In this document: positions 46,410-56,121 of the stretch, in pieces | Numbering within the stretch: position 1 is the stretch's first letter | How the letters are laid out: each line of letters begins with the position of its first letter | Source of the DNA: Candidatus Daviesbacteria bacterium RIFCSPHIGHO2_02_FULL_43_12 | Lineage (GTDB): Bacteria; Patescibacteriota; Microgenomatia; Daviesbacterales; UBA10151 | Assembly (NCBI GenBank): GCA_001776775.1 | Contig: MFDD01000014.1 | Location: 126,053-190,052, forward strand | Length of the DNA: 64,000 nucleotides | Direction of reading: 5' to 3' | Program-made: the position numbers and the translations under genes | The notes under the pieces: model-generated | What the model was told of the DNA's origin: nothing | The model's database searches: none | Seen by the model: the letters and a program-made list of their open reading frames with translations, nothing else

Positions 46410-47033
46410 ATGAACCTTGACTCCTTTAACTCTGGTATGCTCCTAATCCTAACTGGTGTGACCAGCGCAGCTGGTAAAGATACAGTGATGCGCAGGCTAC
46501 TGGAGATCTTTCCGCAGATGGAACGGATCGTAACGGTAAATACTCGGCCGATGAGACAGGGAGAGATTGAGGGAGTTGATCACTACTTTCGTTCCAAAGA
46601 GCACTTTGCAGATATGTTACAAGCTAACGAATTTTTTGAATGGAAAGAATTCGCTGGAAATTTTTATGGCACTCCCAAATCGGAGATAGAAAAAGTTTTG
46701 TCTGGCAGAGTGGTTATTTGGCGAATCGATCCAATCATGGCGTTAAAAATGCAGGTAGCATTAACCGATTTCTTTGGCGAGGATAAAGGCAAGGAGATAT
46801 GGAACCATACTCTAACTATTTTTCTCGATGCCCCAAATAAACAAACTCTTTTACAACGGATGCTCAGACGCGGAGCCAACGAACAAGAGATCTCGGCGCG
46901 TCTGGAAGATGTCTGGAATGAGCGGAACAAGGTCGTTGGAAAATTTAAAAATGTAATTGTAAATACAGATGGTAGATTAGAAGAAGCGGTTGAAAGGGTA
47001 ACGAAGTTAATGTCGGAATTCCGACCAAGTTAG
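46410..47033 (+). CDS. gmk: Guanylate kinase
   Basis: LLILTGVTSAAGKDT (P-loop-like), VNTRPMRQGEIEGVDHYF (matches TTRxxRxGExDGxDYxF) and EFAGNFYGT (Gmk YGT). I chose the start at the internal ATG to avoid overlapping the opposite-strand HAD gene; 46437 is an alternative. Confidence 0.6.
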   Translation: MNLDSFNSGMLLILTGVTSAAGKDTVMRRLLEIFPQMERIVTVNTRPMRQGEIEGVDHYFRSKEHFADMLQANEFFEWKEFAGNFYGTPKSEIEKVLSGRVVIWRIDPIMALKMQVALTDFFGEDKGKEIWNHTLTIFLDAPNKQTLLQRMLRRGANEQEISARLEDVWNERNKVVGKFKNVIVNTDGRLEEAVERVTKLMSEFRPS

Positions 47034-47063
47034 AACATATCTATACGACTATTACTTAAAAAT

Positions 47064-47498
47064 TTAAGCTTTTTGTCTTAATATACTTACCACAGCTATT
47101 GCCTGAATAGCCAACATTATTAGGTTGACGCTTTCGGTTGAGGGGGACGTCCAGCCGGCGGCCAAGAAAAATATTAGATTTAAAATTACCCCAACCAACA
47201 GCCCTAGAACCAAAATTATACGAGCAAAGTCAGGCGTTTTTACTTTTAGCAAAAGACTCAAGCTGACCAAAGTTAAAGCAAGCGCTGCAAAAGCTTCTCC
47301 CCATAAAACCAGCGTCCCCAAAAAAGATGCATTGGGTAAAGCGACTTGATTTAAAAAGCTCTTCTCCCAAGGGTAGGGATTTTTACTGGCAAATTTTTCC
47401 AGCGTACCCCCAAGATTTTGGACAAAATTACCCGAAGCAAATTTTCCATAGCTGCTTTTCAGCCAAATCAGGCCAGTAGCCAACAGTATTGCAAGCAA
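47064..47498 (-). CDS. Integral membrane protein (DoxX-like?)
   Basis: 144 aa with four hydrophobic helices. No catalytic motif. Confidence 0.3.
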   Translation of the reverse strand: MLAILLATGLIWLKSSYGKFASGNFVQNLGGTLEKFASKNPYPWEKSFLNQVALPNASFLGTLVLWGEAFAALALTLVSLSLLLKVKTPDFARIILVLGLLVGVILNLIFFLAAGWTSPSTESVNLIMLAIQAIAVVSILRQKA

Positions 47499-47588
47499 GG
47501 TGTTATCGATTTTTTTAATTCTAATCTCACCCCCTTCCTCTATTCATTCTGGCAGGGGTATCGAAAAAAGACAAGACTTCAGAATCTA

Positions 47589-48197
47589 TTAGTAGCCGAG
47601 GTTTTCTTTGACAAAGATTAAAGTAATCCGGGAAGGGTTGATTTCTTTGTTGATGATTAATAATTTATTAATAGCACTTCCCTCTACTCCGTAAGCTTTA
47701 CGAGCCCTTTCGCTCTCTAAAGGCAGAGTATACTCTTCTAATCTCTTCATCGCAGCATTTACGTCTTTGACAATCTTTTGAGTTCCCACAACCCAAACGA
47801 CATGAGGCGAGCCATAAGCATAAGCCGGGAGTTGACTACCGGTATTTGAGGCAACTAGGACCCTTCCGTCTTCTGTCACCGCATGCACACTACCTAAGCA
47901 AAAGTCGGGAGCAGCACCCAATTTTTGTTTTTCCGATGTATCTACTTCCGGGTCCATTAGTTTAGTTCTGGCCAGGCTATATTTGTCCGAGTGGTTAATT
48001 TCATTGGTTATTCCAATGGTCTCCAGAGTAACTGAGGTCATGGTCATCACTTCTGCACCTTTGGGAACAAGGGAAAAAACTTTTTCTTTGGCTTCTGCAG
48101 CATTTTCGACAACTACTGTGGTAATCCCATGATCCTTTAGGGCAGCGATAGTTTTATCCAGAGATTCCTGAGTGGCGAGGGTCTTCCAGTTAGACAT
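47589..48197 (-). CDS. LUD-domain (LutC/DUF162-like) protein
   Basis: An alpha/beta protein of about 200 aa. The pattern KGAEVMTMTSVTLETIGI ... GSVHAVTEDGRVLVAS ... PHVVWVVGTQKIV is typical of lactate-utilisation LUD domains. Confidence 0.45.
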   Translation of the reverse strand: MSNWKTLATQESLDKTIAALKDHGITTVVVENAAEAKEKVFSLVPKGAEVMTMTSVTLETIGITNEINHSDKYSLARTKLMDPEVDTSEKQKLGAAPDFCLGSVHAVTEDGRVLVASNTGSQLPAYAYGSPHVVWVVGTQKIVKDVNAAMKRLEEYTLPLESERARKAYGVEGSAINKLLIINKEINPSRITLIFVKENLGY

Positions 48198-48255
48198 GAC
48201 TTATATTGTATACACTAATCTAACTTTGTAAAGTAAGTATTGTGCGTGAGAAGCC

Positions 48256-48744
48256 CTAAGGAGAGTCGGTTGAGCTTATTTTTTCTAGGATTGCACTTGT
48301 GGAGTATTCCTCTGCTAGTTCCATAACTTCTACAACCTGCGCAGCAACTAAATCGGCAATCCTGGTTTTATGGTGAATTTGGCTGTCTCCTTTGGTGGTC
48401 GCTATCACCTGAGGAGAGATCTGAAAAATTATTTTCTCGTAATCTGAGTCCCTCATCACAGAGGGGAGACAGATTACAAAATCAACTGAACGCAGAGCGT
48501 TTAAAACTAAGGCCCTATCGGATTGAAGATGAAGCGGCCGGTGTGCTCCCTTTAGCTCTTTGATCCTCAGGTCACTTTCTAATAAAACTACCAGGACTTC
48601 TCCTTGTTCCTTAGCTTTTTCTAAAAACAAGATATGGCCCTTATGCAAAACATCAAAACACCCCCCGACTAAAACGATTTTCTTATTCTCTAACTGATAC
48701 TGCTGACGGAAGTTGGGTAACTCTAAGTTAGTGAGAATAGGCAT
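48256..48744 (-). CDS. Cytidylyl/adenylyltransferase-family protein (HxGH nucleotidyltransferase)
   Basis: IVLVGGCFDVLHKGHILFLEKAK is the (T/H)xGH nucleotidyltransferase motif of the RfaE-II/TagD/FMN-adenylyltransferase superfamily. Confidence 0.6.
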   Translation of the reverse strand: MPILTNLELPNFRQQYQLENKKIVLVGGCFDVLHKGHILFLEKAKEQGEVLVVLLESDLRIKELKGAHRPLHLQSDRALVLNALRSVDFVICLPSVMRDSDYEKIIFQISPQVIATTKGDSQIHHKTRIADLVAAQVVEVMELAEEYSTSAILEKISSTDSP

Positions 48745-48745
48745 T

Positions 48746-49531
48746 TTAATAAACCTTAACTAATCCCTTCTTTAAAACCTGATTAAAACTAGTCCTTAAA
48801 AAGGCTAGTGATAACCCTAAATAAACAATATTTAAAAGTAGCGAGAGCAGGAGGGGAAAAATATCAAATTGGCCATTGTTAACAATCGCCCTGGCCCCTT
48901 CAAAAATATAGGTCGTGGGGATAAACCAGGCTACAAACTGAGCCCACTGGGGTAAAACCGAGACCGGATAATAAATTGCCGAAAAAGGGGAGATCACTGC
49001 CACAAAAGCCCAAGCTAGTGTTTGAATCTTGGTACCAAAGCGCAAGATTAGCCCCCCGACCAAAAAGCCAATCCACCAACCAGTCAGGATTAGTGAAATA
49101 ATATAGGGAATCAGGTAGAATCCATAAATAAAAATACTGATTTTATAAAGCAAAAAAGCTATTAAAGAGGCGAAGCTAACGCTTAAAGCGGCCTTAATAA
49201 CACCAATAATAATAAAAGAGGTTACCCACTCCCAAAAACTTAGAGGGGAGACAAAAATATTGACCAGATTTTTATTCCATAAATCCTCTAAGATATTCAC
49301 CGTAATCTCGTATTGACCCCGCCAAACAATTAGCCAAAAGAGGATTCCGGTGACAATAATAACCATAAAATTAGTGTCTCCCGGGTTGCGGGCTTGGAAA
49401 TAGGCACTCATTAGCCCCCAAACCAGCAGATCAATTGTTGGCCAATAAAAAGCATCAGTTAACCTGTCGTAACTGCGCCGGAATAAAAATAGATAGCGCA
49501 GGACTATCGCTTTAACTCGATGGGCTCTCAT
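48746..49531 (-). CDS. ABC-2 type transporter permease
   Basis: Six TM helices, 261 aa. Translationally coupled (4-bp overlap) to the upstream ABC ATPase. Confidence 0.6.
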   Translation of the reverse strand: MRAHRVKAIVLRYLFLFRRSYDRLTDAFYWPTIDLLVWGLMSAYFQARNPGDTNFMVIIVTGILFWLIVWRGQYEITVNILEDLWNKNLVNIFVSPLSFWEWVTSFIIIGVIKAALSVSFASLIAFLLYKISIFIYGFYLIPYIISLILTGWWIGFLVGGLILRFGTKIQTLAWAFVAVISPFSAIYYPVSVLPQWAQFVAWFIPTTYIFEGARAIVNNGQFDIFPLLLSLLLNIVYLGLSLAFLRTSFNQVLKKGLVKVY

Positions 49532-50442
49532 TTGATCTCCTTGGCGGTCACTTGTAAAAAGAAATCCTCCAGGGTTGGTTTATCAATACTAATTTCTTTA
49601 TAAAAAATCTTTTCCTCCATCAGCAGTTGTAAGAATTTGGGGATTTCCCGCTCTTTAACACTGATCTTTAGTCTCTTGCCCTGTTTGGCAAAAGAGATTG
49701 ATTGGCTATTTAAGTAGGAGAGGGCCGTTTCAAGACTACTCTCAATTAACAGCTCTACATGAACCAATTCAATGGTCTTGGCTAAATTATCAGGAGTATC
49801 ATCGGCGATGGTTTTGCCGCTACTAATAATTATCACCCGGTCACAAAGCTCTTCCACCTCAGCCATATTATGGGAGGTGATGATGATTGACAGATCAAAA
49901 TCCGCTCTTTGCTCAAGTAAGTATTTGCGAATCGTCATCGCCACATCTGGGTCAAGTGAGGCAGTTGGCTCATCCAGCAGCAGCACTTTTGGGCTATTGA
50001 TAAAAGCTTTGGCTAAATTAACCCGAGTTAGCTGTCCGGCCGACAGGTCCTGCATTCGTTCATTCAAAAGCTGTTTTAAATTAAAGATTTCGCTAAGCTC
50101 GGAGAGTTTAGCCCCCCTGTCAGACAAATCATAAAGATAAGAGATAAAAGTTAAGTTTTCTTTAACAGTCAGGCTCCAAGGCAAATTGGTATAGGTTGAG
50201 GAAAAATTAACCTTTTCCATAATTTCCTGACGATGAGTAGCTAGATCTTTGCCAAAATAGCTGACCTGGCCTGAGGTGGCAGTCAGCACCCCTAAAAGCA
50301 TTTGGATGGTAGTGGTTTTACCCGCTCCATTTGGACCAAGTAACCCCAAGATTTCCCGCTCTTGCAGAGCAAAGGAAATATCATCAACAGCCCTAAAATC
50401 ACCAAATTTTTTTGTTAAGTTTTTAGCTTCCAAAACGATCAT
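49528..50442 (-). CDS. ABC transporter ATP-binding protein
   Basis: GLLGPNGAGKTT (Walker A), LSAGQLTRVNLAKA (signature), LLLDEPTASLD (Walker B) and the H-loop ITSH. Confidence 0.85.
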   Translation of the reverse strand: MIVLEAKNLTKKFGDFRAVDDISFALQEREILGLLGPNGAGKTTTIQMLLGVLTATSGQVSYFGKDLATHRQEIMEKVNFSSTYTNLPWSLTVKENLTFISYLYDLSDRGAKLSELSEIFNLKQLLNERMQDLSAGQLTRVNLAKAFINSPKVLLLDEPTASLDPDVAMTIRKYLLEQRADFDLSIIITSHNMAEVEELCDRVIIISSGKTIADDTPDNLAKTIELVHVELLIESSLETALSYLNSQSISFAKQGKRLKISVKEREIPKFLQLLMEEKIFYKEISIDKPTLEDFFLQVTAKEIK

Positions 50443-50495
50443 GAGAAGATTTTATCACTAAAGAGTCTTCAGCACGACCTGTTAAAATAACTTAA

Positions 50496-51038
50496 GTGGA
50501 AAATAAAGATATAGCAACTTTTGCCGGGGGATGTTTTTGGTGTACCGAGGCGATCTTTAAAAGATTAAAAGGCGTTGAAGCTGTTACTCCTGGATATACC
50601 GGAGGAACTATAGAAAGCCCAACTTATTGGGATGTGGCAAGCCGACAAAGCGGACACGCTGAAGCAATCCAGTTAACTTTCAACCCTCGGGTGATTTCTT
50701 ATGAGCAATTACTCGATGTGTTTTGGCATATGCATAATCCAACCACTCTTAATCAACAAGGCGTAGATAGAGGAACAGAGTACCGGTCAGAGATCTTTTA
50801 TCACTCAGATGAACAACAAAGGTTAGCCGAAAAATCTAAGCAAGATATTGAAGATTCGGGAATGTATAAAGAAGGCGTTGTGACTAAAATCTCGCCTGCC
50901 GTAACTTTTTACCCAGCTGAGGAAGATCATAAAGATTTCTATGAAAAGAATCGATACTCCCCGTACTGTATGATCGTGATCGACCCTAAAATCCAGAAGT
51001 TGTATAAAGATTACAAACCACTACTTAAGAAATCTTAA
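50496..51038 (+). CDS. msrA: Peptide methionine sulfoxide reductase MsrA
   Basis: IATFAGGCFWCTEAIF is the MsrA active site GCFWC/G. Length 180 aa. Confidence 0.85.
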   Translation: MENKDIATFAGGCFWCTEAIFKRLKGVEAVTPGYTGGTIESPTYWDVASRQSGHAEAIQLTFNPRVISYEQLLDVFWHMHNPTTLNQQGVDRGTEYRSEIFYHSDEQQRLAEKSKQDIEDSGMYKEGVVTKISPAVTFYPAEEDHKDFYEKNRYSPYCMIVIDPKIQKLYKDYKPLLKKS

Positions 51039-51577
51039 TCTTTTAAAACTTCAGCGAGAGCTAATCGGGTACTTTCGAAAAGACTCAAAGCCTCGGCTTC
51101 TTCTCGGGTAAACCAGTCGATGTTATGTGACTCATCATTGATAGTTAAGGACTGCTCTGGTACCTCGACTCGGTAGATTACATCCAGGTGATAATGTTCT
51201 GGTTCGTCCCCTCTTTCCGGAATGAGAAACTCTCTCATCGAATACGGTAAGGGAAGCTCTGTGCCTGTTTCTGTTACATTACTAATTGGACGGGCTGGAA
51301 TATCTATGACTAAACCAGTTTCTTCTTTTACTTCACGGATGGCGGCCTGAGCTGGGTTTTCATGCCTTTCTATATGTCCGCCCGGAGGCAGCCAAAAGTT
51401 ATATTTTTTATGATGGAGTAGTAAAACTTTTTTAGGAGAATCGTTGGTTACTATCCAGACCGTAGCGGTAAAATGTTTATCTCCCTGTTGTATAGACATA
51501 TACCTTAAGAGAAAAACCCGAGGAAATAAAGATTGGCCAGGCCAGCTAATAATCCTATGGCTATAATTACCCACCAA
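51035..51577 (-). CDS. NUDIX hydrolase
   Basis: PGGHIERHENPAQAAIREVKEETGL is a Nudix box. It converges on msrA with overlapping stop codons. Confidence 0.7.
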   Translation of the reverse strand: MVGNYSHRIISWPGQSLFPRVFLLRYMSIQQGDKHFTATVWIVTNDSPKKVLLLHHKKYNFWLPPGGHIERHENPAQAAIREVKEETGLVIDIPARPISNVTETGTELPLPYSMREFLIPERGDEPEHYHLDVIYRVEVPEQSLTINDESHNIDWFTREEAEALSLFESTRLALAEVLKD

Positions 51578-51846
51578 CGTGGGGTAACAAGCTGAAACCC
51601 CTTGAGGTTACTCAGGTCTTCTCCTTTGGCCAGGCGTTCTTCTCGATACGTGGGAAAAAGAATCATTGCTATTCCGAGTACTACGGCGGCTGGGCCTACT
51701 CCCGCAGCCTGAACTAAGTAACGTCCAGTATCCTGGGCCGATGACCAGATCATCCGGGTAATAAATATTCCCCCGATCATAATTAGCAGTCCAACTAGTT
51801 GATGTTTGATTTTAGTACTCATGGGGTTTTTTATGCCTAGGAACAA
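51505..51846 (-). CDS. Small integral membrane protein
   Basis: 113 aa, three or four TM helices. It overlaps its neighbours in an operon-like way. Confidence 0.3.
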   Translation of the reverse strand: MFLGIKNPMSTKIKHQLVGLLIMIGGIFITRMIWSSAQDTGRYLVQAAGVGPAAVVLGIAMILFPTYREERLAKGEDLSNLKGFQLVTPRWWVIIAIGLLAGLANLYFLGFFS

Positions 51847-52372
51847 AAACTAAGGTTGTGGCTAAGGTAGCTAAGATAGCTGCCACCCAAGCTAAAGAGA
51901 TTTGAGCCAGCAGCTGCTCTTCGCGCTTTTCGACTTCCCGAAGAGACCTACCGGCTAAGACATAGCCTGAACTTTTACCGACAAATCTAGTAACGACTGT
52001 CGCACTTCTGACTCCGGTTTTGGGCTGCCAAGTTAATCGCTCCTGGCCATGAGTTTTAACAAAGTCCAATACCCCGGAAGGCAAGGTGGGTGTTGCCCCA
52101 TCCAGCTTTGCAGTCGAAGCAACTATTTGACCCGAGTCATCGTAAACAATCATAAAAGTGGCCAGACTGGTGGAGAGATCGACAGTTTCTGTTGGCACTA
52201 GTTTTGCTATATCTTCTCCTGTAGAGAGCGCTCGACTTAAGTCCTCGGAGACTTGAATCTGCGGGTCATTGGCGGATTGTCGGTAGTCTTGTTGAACGGC
52301 TAGATAGACCAGTCCGCAAAGGACGGTAGTAGCTACTACCAGAGGAATCCAAGTTCTTAGTTTACTCAGCAC
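51812..52372 (-). CDS. Membrane-anchored hypothetical protein
   Basis: N-terminal TM followed by a periplasmic domain and a C-terminal TM. No named family. Confidence 0.3.
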   Translation of the reverse strand: MLSKLRTWIPLVVATTVLCGLVYLAVQQDYRQSANDPQIQVSEDLSRALSTGEDIAKLVPTETVDLSTSLATFMIVYDDSGQIVASTAKLDGATPTLPSGVLDFVKTHGQERLTWQPKTGVRSATVVTRFVGKSSGYVLAGRSLREVEKREEQLLAQISLAWVAAILATLATTLVFVPRHKKPHEY

Positions 52373-52408
52373 AAGATCTATTATACACCTTAGGTAGTGA
52401 CGAGTCGT

Positions 52409-52966
52409 CTACTTACTCAACATCTTTTCTAATAATAGGGGGAATCTAGTATAACCGGATTCGGCGTTAAGATGACCGGCGTCGGGAATAAAGTTAAATT
52501 CTCCTCCTAAGTGTCTCGCCAGTTCTTCCCCATTCTCAAGTGAGATATATGGATCATTGTCTGAATGAAAAACTTTAAAGTGAGCAGCATTAGATTTGAT
52601 CTTACGCCAGTCAAAGCTAAATCCCGGACTGAAGGCGTCATCTCCGGCGTAGTTTTGAATCGGGAGGATTCCGACCGGTGCTGCCACAAAAAAGGCGGTT
52701 TTAATCGGAGAATCTAATCTTTCTAACACCCGGAGCAAAAACAAACCACCCAAACTATGACCAATTATAACTGTATCTTGATTGATATATTTCTGATATT
52801 TTTTAAGGACTTTGAGCCAGGACTCCAAGGACTGATTCTCGGGAGTAGGAAGCTGAGGGACTTCTACTTTGTATCCCTCGTCTTCTAGTTTTTCCTTAAG
52901 CCAGGGAAACCAGTTTTCTTTAGGATGTCCGCCTGTTCCATGAAAGATTAGGACATGACGCTGCAT
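52409..52966 (-). CDS. Alpha/beta serine hydrolase (RBBP9/YdeN-like)
   Basis: MQRHVLIFHGTGGHPKENWFPWL ... VIIGHSLGG (GxSxG nucleophile elbow), with a distal D and H (HSDNDPY, DAGHL). Confidence 0.5.
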   Translation of the reverse strand: MQRHVLIFHGTGGHPKENWFPWLKEKLEDEGYKVEVPQLPTPENQSLESWLKVLKKYQKYINQDTVIIGHSLGGLFLLRVLERLDSPIKTAFFVAAPVGILPIQNYAGDDAFSPGFSFDWRKIKSNAAHFKVFHSDNDPYISLENGEELARHLGGEFNFIPDAGHLNAESGYTRFPLLLEKMLSK

Positions 52967-52991
52967 AATAATATTGTATCAGAAGAAATGG

Positions 52992-53549
52992 TTATTCGGT
53001 TTTGCCGGTGAGGAGAGCATCGATAATATCATGTGGCAGGGCGGCAGCATTCAGCAAAGCTTTGCGGACAACTCCAGCTGCTTCACTCCCCAATTCATCT
53101 GCTGCACTGATTGCCCCCAAGGCGGCATCTTTAGCTAGTTCCCCAGAATCCTCCCCAATATTGCGAGCTGCTGAGATTGCTCCTTCCACTGCTGAAACGG
53201 CTGCTTCTCCGACATCTCCACCAACATCCTGTGCACCCTTAACAGCTCCTTTAGCGGCTTCTGTGGCTGTAGCGCCCACATCACCACCGACTACTTTGAC
53301 TCCTTTAATCGACCCTGTCACTAGTCCAGTGACAGCTTGGGCCGTAGAAGCACCAGTAGACGAGGCAGCTCTGACTCCTTCAGAAACAAGTGACCCGACT
53401 ACAGCTACACCAGTTGCAGCCACTTCTCCACCAGCTTGGAGAGTTTTAACAATTGTATCTTTGGTAACATTTTCCGTTGTGGAAACAACGTCACCAACAC
53501 CAGACACTACAGCAGAGAGAGCGTTTTTGAGATCATCAGTAATGGACAT
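52992..53549 (-). CDS. Low-complexity Ala/Gly/Val-rich repeat protein
   Basis: Internal imperfect repeats (GGDVGATATEAAKGAVKGA / GGDVGEAAVSAVEGAISAA). The strand is consistent with the flanking genes. The opposite-strand 191-aa ORF is probably a compositional artefact. Confidence 0.35.
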   Translation of the reverse strand: MSITDDLKNALSAVVSGVGDVVSTTENVTKDTIVKTLQAGGEVAATGVAVVGSLVSEGVRAASSTGASTAQAVTGLVTGSIKGVKVVGGDVGATATEAAKGAVKGAQDVGGDVGEAAVSAVEGAISAARNIGEDSGELAKDAALGAISAADELGSEAAGVVRKALLNAAALPHDIIDALLTGKTE

Positions 53550-53591
53550 CTATTTTAACGTATCATTTTTATTTTAGACTGTCAAGTGGGG

Positions 53592-54386
53592 TTACTTCGA
53601 GAGCGCTGCATCGATGACAGTTTGGATAGAAGCATAAGGCTGTGCTCCAACAATCCTGGTCGCGGTAATAGTGCCGCTTGAGTCAGATTTACCGATGAAG
53701 AATGTCGGAGTCCCGTTGGCTCCAACTGTCGATGCATAAGCCAGATCTTTATCTACATAATCTTTATATTTACCAGAATCAAGGCAGGATTGGACTTTAG
53801 CACCATCCACACCCACTTCACTAGCAATTTTAGCCAATTGATCCAATGCTAAACCGGTTCCATTTGAGGTTGTTTTAGTAAACATCGCATCGTGATATTT
53901 GTAGTAAACACTATCTCCGCCCTGGTCACGCACACAGAGAGCAGCTTGGGCTTCTTTGTGAGCGTTTTGATGAAAGCTTAAAGGTAGATTTCTAAAAACC
54001 ACCTTGACCTTTCCCTTATCGACATAATTTTCCTTAATCTGGGGATAAGTACTGGTAAAGTAACTCTTACAGAAAGGACATTCATAGTCGGAAAACTCAA
54101 TCATTGTGACTGGAGCATTTTTATCTCCCAAAACAGGAGCATCGGCCAGTGCAACTTGCACCGGTGTAGTGTCCTCAGGAGGAGCAGCAGAGGGGGCGGT
54201 AGGTTGGGTCGGAACGACAGCTGATGGAGTACCAAGTCCTCCTGATGAATTCAATCCTTTGATTTTGATAATCCCTCCACTGAGTAAAATTGAAACAGAA
54301 ATGATAATTGACCCGACAATAATTGCCCCTGACTGACTACCGAATAATGAATCAAAAAAGGATTTACCGCTCTCTCTAAGTGCCAT
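53592..54386 (-). CDS. DsbA/BdbD-family thiol-disulfide oxidoreductase (membrane-anchored)
   Basis: N-terminal TM, a Pro-rich linker, then the thioredoxin fold with CPFCKSY (CxxC) and a C-terminal cis-Pro region. Confidence 0.7.
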   Translation of the reverse strand: MALRESGKSFFDSLFGSQSGAIIVGSIIISVSILLSGGIIKIKGLNSSGGLGTPSAVVPTQPTAPSAAPPEDTTPVQVALADAPVLGDKNAPVTMIEFSDYECPFCKSYFTSTYPQIKENYVDKGKVKVVFRNLPLSFHQNAHKEAQAALCVRDQGGDSVYYKYHDAMFTKTTSNGTGLALDQLAKIASEVGVDGAKVQSCLDSGKYKDYVDKDLAYASTVGANGTPTFFIGKSDSSGTITATRIVGAQPYASIQTVIDAALSK

Positions 54387-54444
54387 ATATCTTTTCTAGT
54401 CTAATATGAAATATTCAAATAGTCAAACCCTATTTTAAGAAAGT

Positions 54445-54480
54445 TCACTGAAAAAGAGAGAATTTACCGGTAAATTCTCG
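54445..54480 (-). terminator. Rho-independent terminator downstream of the metal ABC operon
   Basis: Perfect 22-bp palindrome GAGAATTTACC|GGTAAATTCTC (54458-54479), followed on the minus strand by TCTTTTTC. Confidence 0.45.
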
Positions 54481-54559
54481 AATCTCCATAGTCGAACCAA
54501 ACAAACATATTCCGTAATATTCTAGCTTTAGTTCTGATGTATCCTTAGTTCTTGCTTGC

Positions 54560-55360
54560 TTACTTATGAGATTTGAAGAGTAAGGTTAAAACAAAAATAG
54601 TTAGAACTACCAGTACTGTGGAACCTCCAGTCGGCAGATTCAGATAAAAAGCCGCAAAGATACCCGCTACCACCGATACTACAGAGATAACTTCAGCCCA
54701 AATAATCGTGGTCAAAAAACTCTTTTGCAGCTGCAAGGCAGTTACTGCCGGAATCACCACCAAAGCAGAGATCAAAAGGATGCCCACTACTGGAATAGAC
54801 ATGGTAATGGCGATCGCCGTAATAATAATAAACAGCGTATTAATAAACCCAACCGGCAAACCAGACACTCTGGCTGCTTCCTCGTCAAAAGCAATGAAAA
54901 ATAACTCTTTGAAAAAAAGTGAGATAACCGCAAATACCACAAGGCCGAGTAGAGCGATTAAATAGATCTCCGTCTGCTTCACCGTGACCAGACTACCAAA
55001 CAGATAATTAAAAAGGTTAACGTTAAAACCCCGACCTACGCTAATCAGTAAGATAGCCAGAGCCAGACTTCCTGAGAGAAAGATGGATAACGCACTTTCT
55101 CCATAAACTTTTTTGGCAAGCCTCAATCGGTCGATAATCAAAGAAGATAAAACGGTGGTGATCAGCGCGGTAATCAATGGATCGATCTTGGTGATTAACC
55201 CAATAGCAATCCCTGTCAGTGAAACATGAGAGAGCGTGTCGGCAATTAGCGAATAACGTCTTAGGACCAAAAACAGACCGATTAAAGGACAAATCAGAGC
55301 AACAATCATACCTGCTTCTAATCCTCTGACGATAAAGCTGTAATTAAAAAGCTGTAACAT
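54560..55360 (-). CDS. znuB: Metal (Zn/Mn) ABC transporter permease
   Basis: Eight TM helices with the ZnuB/MntB-like conserved region. It overlaps znuC by 1 bp. Confidence 0.7.
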   Translation of the reverse strand: MLQLFNYSFIVRGLEAGMIVALICPLIGLFLVLRRYSLIADTLSHVSLTGIAIGLITKIDPLITALITTVLSSLIIDRLRLAKKVYGESALSIFLSGSLALAILLISVGRGFNVNLFNYLFGSLVTVKQTEIYLIALLGLVVFAVISLFFKELFFIAFDEEAARVSGLPVGFINTLFIIITAIAITMSIPVVGILLISALVVIPAVTALQLQKSFLTTIIWAEVISVVSVVAGIFAAFYLNLPTGGSTVLVVLTIFVLTLLFKSHK

Positions 55361-56121
55361 TAGTGTTGGTGAGCCAGGTGGCTGATCCCCTCCCCATAAA
55401 AAATATCTAGCAGATGTTTTTTGCGCAGCTCCTGGAGCTGACCATAATAGATTAATTTTTTATTGATACAAGCGACTTCCGTTACTTCACTGGCGATAAC
55501 CCCAATATCATGGGAGACCAGCACTAAAGTTAATCCTAAATCTTTATTCAGTTTTTTTAACAGAGCGTAGAACTCCTCTTGAGTTTGAAAATCTATTCCA
55601 GCCGTCGGCTCATCAAGAAAAAGAATCTGCGGTTCTCCTGCCAAAGCCCGGGCGATAAAAACCCGTTGCTGTTGTCCACCAGAGAGGTCCGAAATCAAAC
55701 GATCCTGGTACTCAGTCATGTTCACAGCTGCCAGCGCCCGTTTAATATGCCTCGAATCTTCAGAATTTAAAGCTTTAAATAGACCCCTCTTGCCAAATCT
55801 GCCCATAGAAACAACTTCTTTAACTGTCGCCGGAAACTTGACTTGAAAGTCCACATGTTTTTGGGGAACATAACCGATTTTCGACCAGTCTTTAAAGTTT
55901 TTGATATCCTGACCAAAAAGTCTGATCTGACCACACTGGGGTTTAATTAAGCCAAGTACAATCCGCAGAAGAGTCGTTTTGCCGCCACCATTGGGACCAA
56001 TAATGCCCAGATAGTCTCCTCGGTGAATATTAAAGCTAATATCATGCAAGACTTCTTCTTTGCCGTAATTAAAACAGACATTATCGATCTCTAATATATT
56101 GGCAGTGTGATCTACAGACAT
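55360..56121 (-). CDS. znuC: Metal ABC transporter ATP-binding protein
   Basis: GIIGPNGGGKTT, LSGGQQQRVFIARAL, LFLDEPTAGID and a short C-terminal His-rich tail (HLAHQH). Confidence 0.8.
   Translation of the reverse strand: MSVDHTANILEIDNVCFNYGKEEVLHDISFNIHRGDYLGIIGPNGGGKTTLLRIVLGLIKPQCGQIRLFGQDIKNFKDWSKIGYVPQKHVDFQVKFPATVKEVVSMGRFGKRGLFKALNSEDSRHIKRALAAVNMTEYQDRLISDLSGGQQQRVFIARALAGEPQILFLDEPTAGIDFQTQEEFYALLKKLNKDLGLTLVLVSHDIGVIASEVTEVACINKKLIYYGQLQELRKKHLLDIFYGEGISHLAHQH

Noticed and set aside
53002-53577. 191-aa plus-strand ORF (Pro/Ala/Thr-rich)
   Set aside because: It is antisense to the G/A/V-rich repeat gene. Flanking genes on the minus strand favour the minus-strand frame. The plus-strand ORF is most likely a by-product of repetitive GC-rich composition.
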